This document shows positions 63,301-64,000 of a stretch of 64,000 nt of DNA, one piece after another (position 1 is the first letter of the stretch; each line of letters begins with the position of its first letter). Made by a program: the position numbers and the translations under genes. The notes beneath the pieces were generated by a model. The model worked only from the letters and a program-made list of their open reading frames with translations, did no database searches and was not told where the DNA came from. The stretch is taken from contig CBDAOC010000016.1 of the NCBI GenBank assembly GCA_965197925.1, positions 32,001-96,000 on the forward strand, in the 5' to 3' direction. The stretch comes from Nitrososphaerales archaeon. GTDB taxonomy: Archaea; Thermoproteota; Nitrososphaeria; Nitrososphaerales; UBA213.

Positions 63301-63888
63301 TGGTATGAACCTCATCTCTCCATTTATACCAGTGAACAGGCTTCTGCTCGCTCTCACAGAATTAATCAAGATAAAGAAGTCAGAATCTACTACTTGGCGT
63401 ATGCCGGTACCTATCAAGAAAGGCAACTTCGATTGCTCGCAGATAAACGCGATGTTAGTAGTACTATCACGGGAGTAATAAATGAAGACTCCCTAAGCAG
63501 TCTAAACGCTAAACAAATGAACTTAAGAGAGATACTAGCAAAAGAATTTCATACCAACTATAAGTTCACTGACGAAAGAAGCATAGACGAACGTGCTACC
63601 GAAATATCAGAATTATTTAATCAACAACGTGAAACTATAACCAAACAAATAGAACAAGATACAATGACACTTCTAGATGATGCAACAAGCTCACACTATG
63701 AAAATATAATGGAAACCTCTTCAATACAAACTGTCGTACAACCTACCGAAGAACTAATAGAAATAGATCTAATTGAATCAGTTATTGCTAATGAACCATT
63801 ACGATACATATCTATAGGAACAGATCTAAATAATACTACATATCAAACACTACTAAAGACAGCAGGAAAACAAGGATCACTATTCTAA
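60331..63888 (+). CDS. SNF2-like SF2 helicase with Zn-ribbon insertion
   Basis: GSGKT, DELH, LTGT, ETGLNL, QASARSHRINQ. Confidence 0.85.
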   Translation: MNNLTRLLANILHVTKFRCTCPSSIAQKTDKGSHIIRVCDPNFYNSDIVNAVNSALQAVTQNHSCKGPWNTKHWCIMPPNRVPTAHNQTTADIKPIIGNKPQLYPAFFDITAVTGQTNQEVLEHLQYAVPATHKRGLVVAVMPNTPNMKVLEPMIRLLNPMEVFVFEENNVIIGQPTANRYGSDRPLSIYETTKLQQILNTLEYASIQTVASYGYSWDIFVKTSIDPRSAIEPVTTDTFDPIDLPAHLVNDSTWTNEDYFDDIFDTVVHNKLEPIEPLLAGHLGLLLPVGYLNNKVIYDKTSDKDPIIIKGSVEKFEQIVEEQPNKIVTEETYEIRITTMNLKTGEVSYIGQQDDVSLPDFLQNNQSALYNTAKTLFPPSVDYTHTDVETFIDRMKSLKRQPVGKQGATIISLASHIRDNKNAFCIGQQGSGKTFIALGITTALNYNKVLVMCPTHAVETWRREIKETIPNAVVLKPSGISGTKHTKTEIPLDKINDLPCDKPTFIMLPKDISKLGFTEKLELRQSILYRNQYGRVRSSNVTHKDPERLPKECPHCQDEQVLTPIKIGDKYTVQCPQCKFPQEITCPTCWQPIQDARKLLATKKITKKIYCTNNIAYHHEPTNRIRFNKCDALLTAPDTDARFHHRLAYGDYIAKYLSHWHDIFIIDELHQYKGKGSLQTMVAGKIAQKSKKTLGLTGTFMGGYAANLYWLFEHFIPRFPANGLEWNRETKFVELFGKYRHTYKMNRTQFNRMMVGLTRRQTGQRTQIPGYHPELLKFILPTSVFVKIYDINRDLLAPQIYAKIIPLDKNNTFAKGEATLNQHDAYFKLKAAMETNAVDRVSRGENYNILAMIHELVAYPENCWQGVAPKDTTTDKTIITLPEIQLREGKLFPKEEELVKIIQEEVVNQKRKCLIYCTHTNEKATWTRIVQILNDHPLLPNVKCAFMASKGAADTRLSRLEALAEKNDVVIIQPQAVETGLNLQQFPTIIWYEPHLSIYTSEQASARSHRINQDKEVRIYYLAYAGTYQERQLRLLADKRDVSSTITGVINEDSLSSLNAKQMNLREILAKEFHTNYKFTDERSIDERATEISELFNQQRETITKQIEQDTMTLLDDATSSHYENIMETSSIQTVVQPTEELIEIDLIESVIANEPLRYISIGTDLNNTTYQTLLKTAGKQGSLF

Positions 63889-64000
63889 ATGTCACCATCA
63901 CCGCAATGGGTATCTCACACACTTAACAGACCAGAAAAGTATACACTATATGGCCCACCAGATAAACATAGTCCTGGATATTGCTACGTTGCAACTATAG

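Noticed and set aside
1..64000. Stop-codon reassignment
   Set aside because: Conserved genes are full length in code 11, some end in TAG, and no suppressor tRNA was seen

Overview
Segment of a large dsDNA phage (or phage-like element) genome. Nearly all genes lie on the A/C-rich + strand, and no virion structural module is recognisable. The window carries replication and recombination genes (family-A DNA polymerase, primase-helicase, beta-clamp, two SSB-like proteins, RNase HI, Cas4-like nuclease, SNF2-like helicase). It also has nucleotide, NAD and ADP-ribose genes (NrdJ, ThyX, Dcd, UDG, NAMPT, NADAR, a macrodomain fusion, Nudix) and 23 conventional tRNA genes plus several atypical tRNA-like genes. 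The most unusual content is RNA-centred. (i) A Ro60/TROVE gene is accompanied by at least 11 dispersed Y-RNA-like genes with a shared Ro-binding-type terminal stem and payloads ranging from a minimal loop to a whole circularly permuted tRNA. (ii) An array alternates atypical tRNAs with free-standing ACCA-ended minihelices. (iii) There are several other structured intergenic RNAs. (iv) A bipartite motif, GGTAACGCGTTATTCC-N16-TTAAAA, occurs three times with exact spacing, and a 950-aa protein has motifs suggesting a divergent single-chain two-barrel RNA polymerase. All calls come from reading the sequence by eye; no searches or folding programs were run.
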